NCBI GenBank assembly: GCA_963726745.1
Contig: CAVSDR010000003.1
Span: forward strand, 672,001-736,000
DNA length: 64,000 bases
Reading direction: 5' to 3'
From: an uncultured Verrucomicrobiae bacterium
GTDB lineage: Bacteria > Verrucomicrobiota > Verrucomicrobiia > Chthoniobacterales > UBA10450
Below the pieces are notes generated by a model. The model did no database searches, was not told the DNA's origin, and saw only the letters and a list, made by a program, of their open reading frames with translations. Position numbers and translations under genes: made by a program. This document shows positions 54,563 through 64,000 of this stretch, piece after piece. How positions within the stretch are numbered: position 1 is the first letter of the stretch; each line of letters opens with the position of its first letter.

Positions 54563-56010
54563 GCGGCGCGCGCCTGGCCACTCGCGAGGCGGGCGTAGAT
54601 TTCCTCGTAACGCTCGGCCGCCTGCTGCCAGGAGAAGCTTTGCGTCATCGCGCGGCGCACGAGGGATTGCCAGGTTTCCGCCTCAGTGCGGTAGATCACG
54701 GTCGCGCGCTTGATCGCATCCCAGAGCGCTTCCGCGGAGGGATCGTAATAGAGGAAGCCGTGGCCGGTGTCGCTCGTCGGATCATAATCCTCGATGATTT
54801 CCTGGATGCCTCCGGTCGCGCGGGCCACCGGAAGCGCGCCGTATTTCAAGCTATACATCGCGCTCAAGCCGCTCGGCTCGATCCGCGACGGGATGAGCGA
54901 AATGTCGGAGCCGGCCTCGATCAAGTGCGCCAGGGTTTCATCGTAGACTCGGCGGTAGGCGAACTTCGCGCGGTATTTCTTGGCCGCGATCGCGAGCGCG
55001 CGTTCATAGGCCGCGTCGCCTTCGCCGAGAATGATCAGGCGCACATCGTCGGAGAGCAGGCGATCGAGCACCGGCATGAGCGCATCGAAACCTTTCTCCG
55101 GCACCAGGCGCGTGACCATGCCGAAGACCGGACCGTCCGGCGACGGCGTGAGGTTTAGGCCATCGAGCAAAAGCTCGCGGCAGGTGCGTTTCCCGCGCAG
55201 GTCGAGCGGCTCAAAAGTCTGCGGCAGGAGCGGATCGCTCGCGGGATTCCAGCGCGCGTCATCCGCGCCGTTGAGAATGCCGGCTATTTTCGCCTGCTGC
55301 TCGCGCAGGACGACGTCGAGCCCGCAGCCGCCTTCGGGCGTGAGCATCTCGCGGCGAAAACGCTCGCTCACGGTCGTGACCTGGTCGGCGTAAAGCAGGC
55401 CGGCTTTGAGCAAATTCATCCGGCCGAAAAATTCCACCCCGGTCGGGCGGAAGTAGCGCTCGGGAAGATTCGTTAGGCCAAAGTCCAGGCCCCAAAAACT
55501 CCCCTGCTCCGCGAGATGATGAATCGTAAGCACGGTGCGAAATGGCAGGCGCCATTCGCGCACGAAGACCGGCACCAGCGCCGCGGCCCAATCGTGCACA
55601 TGGAGCACTTCCGGCGTGGGCGTGAGCCGGCGGGCCAGCTCGAGCGCGGCTTTGCTGAAGAAGATGAAGCGCGCGGCGTTATCCTCGTAGGCCACGCCGT
55701 GCTCGCCGTAGATCCCGGCGCGATCGAAAAACTCATCGCAGCGGACAAAGAAAAGCTGCACCCCGCCAGCGGTCCGCCCCGCGAGAAACTCGGCCACATA
55801 GGTCTTCGAGCCGAGGCGCACATCCGCGGTCACGCCGGTGTCTTTCCGTTGGACCTCCGGGTTCTCGCGAATCTCGCGATAGAACGGAAGCACGATCCCG
55901 ATCTCGTGCCCCTGCGCGCGCAGCTCCCGCGGGAGCGCCTCGAGCACGTCGACCAAAGCGGTGGCGCGGGCCAACGGCGGGCCCTCCGGCGAGATCATCA
56001 GGATGCGCAT
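54559..56010 (-). CDS. glgA: Glycogen synthase (GT5)
   Basis: HVHDW, TIHHLAEQG, GILNGAD, RLVPEKG, PSRIEPSGL, ATGG. The N-terminal KTGGL motif reads RATAL. Confidence 0.85.
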   Translation of the reverse strand: MRILMISPEGPPLARATALVDVLEALPRELRAQGHEIGIVLPFYREIRENPEVQRKDTGVTADVRLGSKTYVAEFLAGRTAGGVQLFFVRCDEFFDRAGIYGEHGVAYEDNAARFIFFSKAALELARRLTPTPEVLHVHDWAAALVPVFVREWRLPFRTVLTIHHLAEQGSFWGLDFGLTNLPERYFRPTGVEFFGRMNLLKAGLLYADQVTTVSERFRREMLTPEGGCGLDVVLREQQAKIAGILNGADDARWNPASDPLLPQTFEPLDLRGKRTCRELLLDGLNLTPSPDGPVFGMVTRLVPEKGFDALMPVLDRLLSDDVRLIILGEGDAAYERALAIAAKKYRAKFAYRRVYDETLAHLIEAGSDISLIPSRIEPSGLSAMYSLKYGALPVARATGGIQEIIEDYDPTSDTGHGFLYYDPSAEALWDAIKRATVIYRTEAETWQSLVRRAMTQSFSWQQAAERYEEIYARLASGQARAA

Positions 56011-56015
56011 AGAAG

Positions 56016-56057
56016 CCGAAGGTCGAACGCCGAACGCTGAACGTCCAACGTCGAATT
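56016..56057. repeat. Degenerate heptamer tandem repeat (6 units) filling the cca-glgA gap
   Basis: CCGAAGG TCGAACG CCGAACG CTGAACG TCCAACG TCGAATT. Confidence 0.7.
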
Positions 56058-57423
56058 AAGACTCCCCGGTTCGACGCTCGGCCTTTCCGAAACTCCCGGC
56101 CTCGATCTCCGTCTTCACCCACGCGAGCGCCTCCTCCCGGTCGGCAAACTCCCCTTCCAGCTGCCGCGTCTCGATCGTTTCCAGGATGGCCCCAAAGTGC
56201 GGACCGGGCCGCAGCCCCAGCGCGATCAAATCATCGCCGCGCACCAGCGGTGGCGGGATGATCGGCTCGGCGGCAAACTCCGCGCCTTTCGCAAGCAGGA
56301 ACTCGTAGTTATCCAGCATCCCGTGGCTGCTCGCGCAGTCGACCCGATGCAGCTCCAATTCGTCGGCAAAAGTCGGCCGGGCCATGAAACGCTTCAGCTT
56401 TGCCACCCGCATTTTCGGGACGTCTTTGAAGACCATGTGCTGCCGCACCGCCTCGACCGTGGCCTCGATCTCCGCGCGCGAAAAGCGCAGCCGCTGCATC
56501 ACCGCCTCGGTCATCTCCGCGCCTACGCGATCGTGGCCGTTGAACCGGATGCGGCCGTTCTCGTCCACCGCCGAGGTGGGCGGCTTGCCGATATCATGAA
56601 AGAGCACGCTGAAAACCAGCGGGAGCGAGCAGTCGTTAGGCAGCAACTTCAGCATCAAGCGCGTGTGCACGAAGACGTCGCCTTCCGGGTGAAACTGCGG
56701 CGGTTGCGCGCAGCCCTTCATCGCCGCCACTTCCGGCAACACCTCCGCCAGAAGTCCGCTCGCATCGAGCAAATCCCAGCCGCGCACCCGGCCAGGCGCG
56801 AGAAAAATTTTCACCAGCTCCTCGCGGATGCGCTCCGCGCTGATCTGCCCAATCGCGCCGGCTTCCCTAACGAGTGCCTCCCAGGTTCGCGGCTCGATCT
56901 CGTAGTCTAAAGTGGTCGCGAAACGGACCGCGCGCAGCAGCCGCAGCCGGTCCTCCGCAAAGCGCTGTGCGGGATCGCCAATCGCGCGGATGAGCTTGCC
57001 GGCTAAATCCGTCCGCCCGCCGACATAGTCGATTACCTCCTCGGCCCCGGGATCGTAGAACATCCCGTTGATCGTGAAATCGCGCCGTTGCGCGTCTTCC
57101 TCGGCAGTCGAAAAATGCACTTCCTTTGGCCGGCGACCATCGATGTAGGCACCGTCGGAGCGGAAGGTCGCGACCTCGAATTGCCGCCCTTCCTCCAGGA
57201 CCACGATGACGCCAAAATGCGCCCCGACCGCGTAGGTGCGGCTGAAGATTTTTTGCACCTGCTCGGGCCGGGCATCGGTCGCGATGTCGAAGTCCTTCGG
57301 GGTGACGCCGCGGAGAAGATCGCGCACGCAACCGCCGGCGAAATAGGCGACGTGCCCGTGCTCGCGCAGTTGCGCCACGATTCGGCGCGCGCTCGTTTCC
57401 TCGTTCGCCTCGCTGCTTGTCAT
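56056..57423 (-). CDS. cca: CCA tRNA nucleotidyltransferase with HD domain
   Basis: AGGCVRD...KDFDIAT, RRDFTIN, EDRLR, HPEGDV, HDIGKP. Lacks the GRRF-type poly(A) polymerase signature (has VGAHFG). Confidence 0.85.
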   Translation of the reverse strand: MTSSEANEETSARRIVAQLREHGHVAYFAGGCVRDLLRGVTPKDFDIATDARPEQVQKIFSRTYAVGAHFGVIVVLEEGRQFEVATFRSDGAYIDGRRPKEVHFSTAEEDAQRRDFTINGMFYDPGAEEVIDYVGGRTDLAGKLIRAIGDPAQRFAEDRLRLLRAVRFATTLDYEIEPRTWEALVREAGAIGQISAERIREELVKIFLAPGRVRGWDLLDASGLLAEVLPEVAAMKGCAQPPQFHPEGDVFVHTRLMLKLLPNDCSLPLVFSVLFHDIGKPPTSAVDENGRIRFNGHDRVGAEMTEAVMQRLRFSRAEIEATVEAVRQHMVFKDVPKMRVAKLKRFMARPTFADELELHRVDCASSHGMLDNYEFLLAKGAEFAAEPIIPPPLVRGDDLIALGLRPGPHFGAILETIETRQLEGEFADREEALAWVKTEIEAGSFGKAERRTGES

Positions 57424-57523
57424 CCCGGCGCCATCTTCGCGGCGGGCGCGCGGGCTGTCGAGTGAAGCGCCCATCGCCGGCACGATTGAAGAATCCAGCT
57501 CGCTGGCTAGCCTTCGCCACTCC

Positions 57524-59374
57524 ATGAAGCATCTCTTCGCCGCCGGCCTGCTCCTCGGCACCGTCCTCGCCGCCGAGGCTGTGCCTTTCACTTTCACGAA
57601 CACCGGGAGCATGCAGGAGGCGCGGCTCTGGCACTCGGCCACGTTGCTCCGGAACGGCAAGGTGCTGGTCGCCGGCGGAGGAGTCGCGGGCGAAATCGGC
57701 AGCGCGGAAATCTACGACCCGACGAGCGGCGCCTGGACGACCACGGGGAGCTTGCTCAAGCCGCGGGCCTTTCACAGCGCCACCTTGTTGCCCAATGGAA
57801 AAGTGCTCGTCGCCGCCGGCTTGGCGAATAGCGGCGGCACGCAGACGAGCGCGGAACTTTACGACCCGGCCACGGGCGTTTGGAGCGCCACCGGGAGCCT
57901 GCGGAGCGGGCGCGAATACCACACCGCCAGCTTGCTGCCTAACGGGAAGGTGCTGGTCGCGGGCGGTTCTTATCTCGCGAGCGCGGAGCTCTACGATCCC
58001 GCGACGGCCACGTGGACTTTTACCGGCAGCATGAGCAACGGTCGCGAAGCGCACAGCGCCACGCTCCTGCTCGATGGCCGGGTGCTCGTGGTCGGCGGCC
58101 GGCGCGTGGGCAGCATTGCCTCGGCCGAAATCTACGACCCGGCGACGGGCGTCTGGTCGGCTGCGGGGACTCTCGCGGCGGCGCGCGCAAACCATTCCGC
58201 CACGCTCCTGCCGAGCGGCAAAGTGCTGGTCGCCGGCGGCTTTGATTACGGCACGGGCAAGGCGCTCGCGAGCGCGGAAATTTACGATCCGGCAAGCAAT
58301 TCCTGGAGCACGACCAGTGCGCTCGCGACTGCCCGTTCGCTCCACACCGGCACGCTCCTGCCAGACGGCCGCGTGCTCGTGGGCGGCGGGATCGCGAGCA
58401 ACAGCCTGCCGCTGGCCAGCGCGCAGATCTACACTCCGGCGACGGGCACCTGGAGCGCCACCGGCAGTCTCAAGGCCGCGCGAACGACCCACACGGCCAC
58501 GCTCCTGCCGGACAGCAATGTCCTTTTCGCCGGAGGCGACGACACCAGCGCGCGCGCCCTGGCCAGCGCGGAACTTTTCCTGACCGACGGACCGGCAACC
58601 ACGCTGCGGAATATCTCCAGCCGCCTCCAGGTGCTGACCGGCGATAAAATCCTCATTGGCGGTTTCATCATCACCGGAACGGCTCCGAAAAAAGTGATCG
58701 TGCGCGCCCTGGGCCCGTCGCTCGGCGCGCGTGGGGTCGCCGGCGCGTTGGCCGATCCGGTCCTGGAATTGATCCGGCCAGATGGCAGCTCGGTCCTGAA
58801 CGATAACTGGACGAGCAACCGCGCCGAGGTGGCAGCGACCACGCTCGCGCCGGAACGCGACGAAGAAGCGGCCATCGTCGAAACGCTCGCGCCCGGCGCC
58901 TACACTGCGCTGGTGACCGGCCACGGAAACACCACCGGCGTGGGCCTGGTGGAGGTCTACGATCTTGATCCGGCAGCGGGTTCCGTGCTGGCGAATATTT
59001 CCACGCGCGGGCTGGTGCAGAGCGGCGAGAACGTGCTCATCGGCGGCTTTATTCTCCGCGGAAGCAGCAATCTCACGCGCGTGGTCCTGCGCGGCATCGG
59101 GCCTTCGTTAGCCGAGACTACCAGCCTGACCGACGTGCTGGCCGATCCGGTGCTCGACTTGCGCGACGCGAATGGCGCGCGCCTGCTCTTGAACGACGAC
59201 TGGCAATCGGATGCGGATGCAGCCGCGGAACTGGTGCGCGCCGGCCTGGCACCGCGGCGCGCGGAGGAAGCGGCGCTCTTTACCGCCCTGCCGGCGGGGA
59301 ATTTCACCGTCATCTTGTCGGGTAAAAATGGCGGCAGCGGCATTGCCGTGGTCGAGGCCTACAACGTGCGCTAA
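57524..59374 (+). CDS. Secreted kelch-repeat beta-propeller protein with twin NISTR C-terminal domain
   Basis: Signal peptide; seven HSATLLxxGKVLVAGG...SAEIYDP-type repeats; NISSR and NISTR domains. Confidence 0.88.
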   Translation: MKHLFAAGLLLGTVLAAEAVPFTFTNTGSMQEARLWHSATLLRNGKVLVAGGGVAGEIGSAEIYDPTSGAWTTTGSLLKPRAFHSATLLPNGKVLVAAGLANSGGTQTSAELYDPATGVWSATGSLRSGREYHTASLLPNGKVLVAGGSYLASAELYDPATATWTFTGSMSNGREAHSATLLLDGRVLVVGGRRVGSIASAEIYDPATGVWSAAGTLAAARANHSATLLPSGKVLVAGGFDYGTGKALASAEIYDPASNSWSTTSALATARSLHTGTLLPDGRVLVGGGIASNSLPLASAQIYTPATGTWSATGSLKAARTTHTATLLPDSNVLFAGGDDTSARALASAELFLTDGPATTLRNISSRLQVLTGDKILIGGFIITGTAPKKVIVRALGPSLGARGVAGALADPVLELIRPDGSSVLNDNWTSNRAEVAATTLAPERDEEAAIVETLAPGAYTALVTGHGNTTGVGLVEVYDLDPAAGSVLANISTRGLVQSGENVLIGGFILRGSSNLTRVVLRGIGPSLAETTSLTDVLADPVLDLRDANGARLLLNDDWQSDADAAAELVRAGLAPRRAEEAALFTALPAGNFTVILSGKNGGSGIAVVEAYNVR

Positions 59375-59433
59375 GGCGGCCGCGCTTTACTGGCCGCGGC
59401 TAAGCGGGGCGCCTCAGGCCGCGACTGCACTCG

Positions 59434-62400
59434 CTAGGGAGTGCAGGCGCCCGCGGTATCGCCGTGGTCCAAGTGACGCCGCAACTCCAAGCTGCTGCAC
59501 TGGAAGAGGAGCGTGGTCGTGCGCTTGTGGCAGACCTCGCAGTTCACCGGCGGGGTTGGTGAAGGAGTCGGAGTCGGAGTCGGAGTCGGAGTCGGAGTCG
59601 GAGTCGGAGTCGGAGTCGGAGTCGGAGTCGGAGTCGGAGTCGGAGTGGCGGAGTCGGAGTCGGAGTCGGAGTCGGCGTCGGCGTCGGAGTCGGAGTTGGC
59701 GTCGGCGTCGGCGTCGGCGTTGGCGTTGGCGTTGGCGTTGGCGTTGGCGTTGGCGTTGGCGTTGGCGTTGGCGTTGGCGTTGGCGTTGGCGTTGGCGTTG
59801 GCGTTGGCGTTGGCGTTGGCGTTGGCGTTGGCGTGGCAGTGACGGTGTGGGGCTCTGTGCCGAAGCTGCCGTTGAAGGTCGCGCTGCCGCCGTAGGTTGC
59901 GGTGAGGGTTCGTGCCCCGGCCGTGTTCAGGGCGAGCGAACATTGCCCGGCGGCGACGGACCCGTTGCAACTGTCCACTCCATCCGAAACCGTCACCGTG
60001 CCGGTGGGCGTGCCTGCGCCCGGAGCGGTCGCGGCCACGGAATAAAAGACGGTAAAGACTTCGCCCTGGACCGTCGGATCGGCGGACTCGGCGGTAATCA
60101 CTGTGGTGGTCGCGGCCTTGTCGACTTGATGCGGGGCCGTGCCGGAACTGCTGTTGAAATTCGTGTCGCCGGGATAGGTCGCGGTAAGGGTGCGCGCGCC
60201 CACGGTGGTGAGGGCAACACTACAGGTCCCGGCGGCCACCGAGGCCATGCAGCTATTCACGCCATCACTGACCGTAACGGTGCCGGTGGGCGTGCCGCCG
60301 AACTGTGGTGTGACCGTGAAGTTGACCGTGACCGACTGCCCGCTGACCGACGGATCGGGTGCATCGGACGTGATCGCGGTGGTGGTGCCGGCTTTGGTGA
60401 TCGTGACACTGGCGGTGGCAGTGCCGTTGTCGACCTTGGCATCGGCGGAGCCGGCGCCGGCCGCGGTGGCGTCGAAACTGGCCGTTGCGGTGCCGCTGGC
60501 TTGGATGGTCGCCTGCGCGCCGGAGATCGTGCCGCGCACCGCATTGCTGAAGGTGATCGGACGACCGATCAAGACGTCGAGGTTACTCGCCGCGATCGCG
60601 CTCCCGGCGGAGTTGGTGAGGAAACTCGCGGTCAAGGTGGAGGCCTGTCCCACACTGATCGTGCCCGGACTCGCGGAATGGGTAAAACGGAGCCACGGAT
60701 CGAAATCAACTGAACCGGCAGTGGCGCCGGCCGTGTCGCATGGAGCGACGGACGGCCCGGTATTGCAGCCCCACCAATTATTCTCGACATTTGCCGTCCC
60801 GCCACGCGTGACCAATCCGGTAAATCCGCCACCGGTGTTTCCGACGATGCGCGAGAAACTCACATTCAAAACGTTGCCGTTTGCCCCGGTCTGAGAGCCG
60901 ACGTCAATCGCTCCGCCGCTGGTTCCCGCTGAGTTGCCCGTCATTGTCGCCTTGCTCAGGTTGACCGAGGACATGAACACGTTCATCGAAAGTCCACCGC
61001 CATTGATTCCGGTGGAATTATTACTGATCGTCGTCGGGGCGGTAAAAGTGAGTCCGCGCTCAGTGAAAACACCGCCGCCTCGGTCTTGCGTGGTATTATT
61101 GGAGATCGTCACGCTCGAGAGATTCGAGTTACCGCTGGCCCCTCCGGCAATGGCAAAGATAAACAGTCCGCCACCATTGTTATTGATGCCGGTGGTTTGA
61201 TTGCCATTGATGCTGCCGGTTGCGAAAGAGAAAGGCGTGCCGAAACCGACAAAGATACCGCCGCCGGCAGTTCCATTACTGGACACCGTTCTGGACGCTG
61301 TATTCCCCGTCACGTTCGTATTCGTCAGGGTGACTCCGCCGCTGGCGCCGGTGGTAAAGACGAGGCCGCCGCCACGCCCGTCGAGGGCCGTGTTTTGGTC
61401 AACATTCACGTTCGATAGACTGATCGTTCCGTTGCTGACCCCGTCCCAATCCAAACCTCCGCCATATCCGTCGCCACTGAAGGCCGAAGGATTGCGCCCG
61501 TAGCGCATCGTGAGTCCGGAAAGGCTGGTGGCAAAGGCCGAGTTGAAGAGCGGGTTGATGGAAAAAACCTTGTCGATGCCGTTGGTCGCATTGCTTCCGG
61601 CCTGAATGATGGTGTTGCCGGTCCCGTTGCCCACGATCGTCAGGGCCTGCGTCACATCCAGATCGCCCGTGGCCGACGCGTTTTCGCCAGCGCCTGGAAT
61701 GGTGAGTTGAAACGTTCCGTTGACGTTGAACGTGATCATGTCCGCCCCGGCGGCATTGTTCGCTGCCACCACCGCCTCGCGCAGCGAGCAATCTGCATTG
61801 CAGGCGCCATCGTTCGTGTCCGCCGTTTTCGTGACCGCAAAAGTCGCCGCCGGCGTGATCAACATCGGGTTCGGCTCCAGGCCTCCATCCACAAAAAAGA
61901 CAAAGCTCTGCTGCCCCATGACGTTCAGTCGCATCGGCAGAACCGCCGTCGGCGGCGCACTGAAACTCATCTCCTGCGAACGGGTCTCGCCGGTAAAGGC
62001 GGCGCGCTTCGTTCCGGACGCCGGCTCCTTGAAAAGGATGCGCACGCGCTGCTGTTGCGCATCAGTCACGAGCAGATCGTCGGTTTCGCCGCCGGTGAGA
62101 TAAGCCTTTTGCAGGCGCCCGGCGGGCATGTTCGCCGGGTAGGCTTCGGCCACGGTCCACGGGTCAAGCGCGGCCCGCGCTGCGCTCGCGGGCGTGGGAT
62201 TGCCGCGGCCGCCGTTTTGCTGCCAGGTCGCGAGCACTTCCTCGGTCGTAAACGGCCGCCGATCGAGCCGGCCGCGCGTCAGGTAGAGGACGGTCCCATC
62301 CGCCGCGAGCACCGCGATCTCCGCGCGCCCTGCCCGGTCGCGAATGAATTCGCCCACCGCCAGATCGACTGCGGAGACAGGCAGCGAGATGCACTCAACG

Positions 62401-63293
62401 GCGCCGGCGGCCTGCCCGATCTGCCGCACTTGGAAAACCACGCCGTCGACCACGCCGAACAAGTCCTTGCCCGAAGCGTCGCCGCCCGGGGAGGCGAGCA
62501 CGAGCACATTCGCCGTGCCTGCCAGCGGCAACTGGCGCGGAGTCGACCCCAATAACTCCGCGGCGCCATCGAAGATCGAGAGCATCGAAGAATCGCCGGC
62601 GCGCGTGGCCACGACCAGGCCCGCATAGCTCTTGGAAGCATCGAGCGTCTCGGCCGCGAGCGCGGTGATCTCACCCTCGAGCGCAATTTCCTGCGGCGCG
62701 GCGAAGCCGCCCTGCCCATCGGACGCCATCAGGTAAACCGCACCTCCGCCCCGCGCGGCGAAGACCAAATCGACCGCGGAATCCCGGGTGAACTTGCCGG
62801 CAAAAAGGAAGTCCGGCGCGACCGGCACCGCCATCACCGCCGCCTCGCGCTCGAACGGCGCAGGGAAAACGCCCGCGCGCAAACCGGCGAGGATCGCTGG
62901 GTCGGTCGGCTCAAAAGCTTGCCGGCTGGCCCGGTGCAGGACGAGCAAACCGCTGCCATCCGCATTCCGGAATCCGCTGACTAAATCCGCGTAGCCATCG
63001 GCGTTGATGTCGGCGGCGACCTGCCCGCCTGGCGTGGTTCCCGCGCTGGTGAGCGTGGCGCGCGCGCCGTTGCTCGCGCGAAATTTCGTCGCCACGGGAC
63101 TGCCCGCCTGAAGGTTGAGCCAAACCGACGCGCGTTCGCCGAGTTGGACGGAGGGCGCGTCGGTCAGGCTACTCGCCCGGGTTTCCGACCAAAGATCGGG
63201 CACGAGCGCCTGGACAAAAAGGAAACAGCCGACCGCGCCGAAGACGCCCGCCATGGGGATTCGGTAACGTAAGAGAGTTTGGGGGAAACGCAT
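59434..63293 (-). CDS. Large surface protein/adhesin: FG-GAP-like N-terminus, CSLREA domain, beta-helix, Ig-like repeats, (TP)n linker, Cys/His C-terminal domain; frameshift in the linker near 59647
   Basis: [28 protein letters not shown]; Asn/Gly-rich GGG repeats; VENNWWGCN; two TLTATYxG-type Ig repeats. The C-terminus VNCEVCHK...[13 protein letters not shown] lies in ORF 59434..59970. Confidence 0.8.
59558..59835. repeat. Hexanucleotide tandem repeat (GGAGTC/GGCGTC/GGCGTT)n encoding a long Thr-Pro linker on the minus strand
   Basis: Directly visible, about 45 units; phase slips at CGGAGTGGCGGAGTC near 59647. Confidence 0.95.
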
Positions 63294-63413
63294 GTCACAG
63301 CCTAGAAAACAACCTTGCAAGGAGTCGACGCCTTTTTGCCGGAGTGGCCTTGAGCTGAAACTGCTCGGCTGCGGCTTTACTCGACCCGCCATCCGTTTCA
63401 CTGTCGCCTCGCC

Positions 63414-64000
63414 ATGCGCTTCAAACCTTCCCTCGACTGGCTCCTGGTCTTCGTCCCGATCGCGATCGCGCTCCGCTTCTGGCCGGGGTCGAATCCGGTG
63501 GCGCTGTTTGTTTGCGCGGCGATCGCGATCGTCCCGGTGGCCGGCTGGATCGGGCATTCGACCGAGGCGCTGGCGGCGCGCGTGGGCGCTGGGCTGGGCG
63601 GTTTGTTGAACGCCACTTTCGGCAACGCCGCGGAGCTGATCATCGCTGGGATCGCGCTGCACAAGGGGCTGCCCGGCGTGGTCAAGGCCTCGATCACCGG
63701 CTCGATCATCGGCAACATCCTGCTGGTTCTGGGCCTCTCGATTCTCGTGGGCGGAACCCGCTACCAGGAGCAGCGCTTTAACCGCACCGGCGCGCGCACG
63801 ACCACGATCTCGCTCTCGCTGGCCGGCATCGCGCTGATTATTCCCACCGTTTTCCATCTCGCGGCCGCGGGCACGCCCACCGGGTGGACGCCGCAAATGG
63901 AGCAAAATCTCTCTCTCGCGATCGCGGTGATTTTGTTTGTGACTTATTTCTGCGTGCTGTGGTTTTCGCTTAAGACGCACAAGCATTTCTACCAAAGCAG
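63414..64000 (+). CDS. cax: Calcium/proton exchanger (CAX/ChaA family), 5' part
   Basis: My translation from ATG 63414 gives [17 protein letters not shown]...[16 protein letters not shown]...[19 protein letters not shown]; open to the right edge. Confidence 0.9.
   Translation, partial: MRFKPSLDWLLVFVPIAIALRFWPGSNPVALFVCAAIAIVPVAGWIGHSTEALAARVGAGLGGLLNATFGNAAELIIAGIALHKGLPGVVKASITGSIIGNILLVLGLSILVGGTRYQEQRFNRTGARTTTISLSLAGIALIIPTVFHLAAAGTPTGWTPQMEQNLSLAIAVILFVTYFCVLWFSLKTHKHFYQS

Noticed and set aside
59211..60713. Plus-strand ORFs with poly-ES/RW/GV/AL tracts
   Set aside because: Antisense shadow readings of the hexamer repeat that encodes the Thr-Pro linker.
63328..63355. ACGC-N19-TGAGC upstream of the CSLREA gene as a fifth promoter copy
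   Set aside because: The 5-mer is in the wrong orientation relative to the other four sites.

Overview
GC-rich (roughly two-thirds G+C) chromosomal window, probably from a soil Verrucomicrobiota (Chthoniobacterales-like) genome; the taxonomy is inferred from protein families. About ten apparent single-base indels look like long-read errors. Left (1-12.3 kb): a minus-strand exopolysaccharide locus (outer-membrane beta-barrel, short Wza/SLBB, Wzc, Wzx-like flippase, six glycosyltransferases). Middle (12.6-26.4 kb): discoidin-like secreted protein, TPR protein, hybrid histidine kinase, threonine dehydratase, gcvP, serine hydrolase, FAD oxidoreductase, GT-C membrane glycosyltransferase and a GIY-YIG-like protein. 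26.4-54.1 kb is the most interesting part. It holds an Asp-box surface protein and four paralogous giant secreted proteins, each built as variable beta-propeller head + unrecognised twin domain + Ig-like domain + octapeptide repeat tract + twin 'NISTR' C-terminal domain. These are interleaved with two divergently transcribed ECF43-type sigma factor/Ser-Thr kinase-TPR cassettes. All four paralogues carry the same upstream motif, TGARC-N19-GCGW, a candidate ECF promoter. Right: glgA with a degenerate KTGGL loop, CCA-adding enzyme, kelch-NISTR protein, CSLREA/Ig adhesin with a (TP)n linker, and the start of a Ca2+/H+ exchanger. Across the window the 9-mer TCGTTAGGC/GCCTAACGA is strongly over-represented inside genes, in several reading frames. 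No rRNA, tRNA, CRISPR array or transposase was seen.
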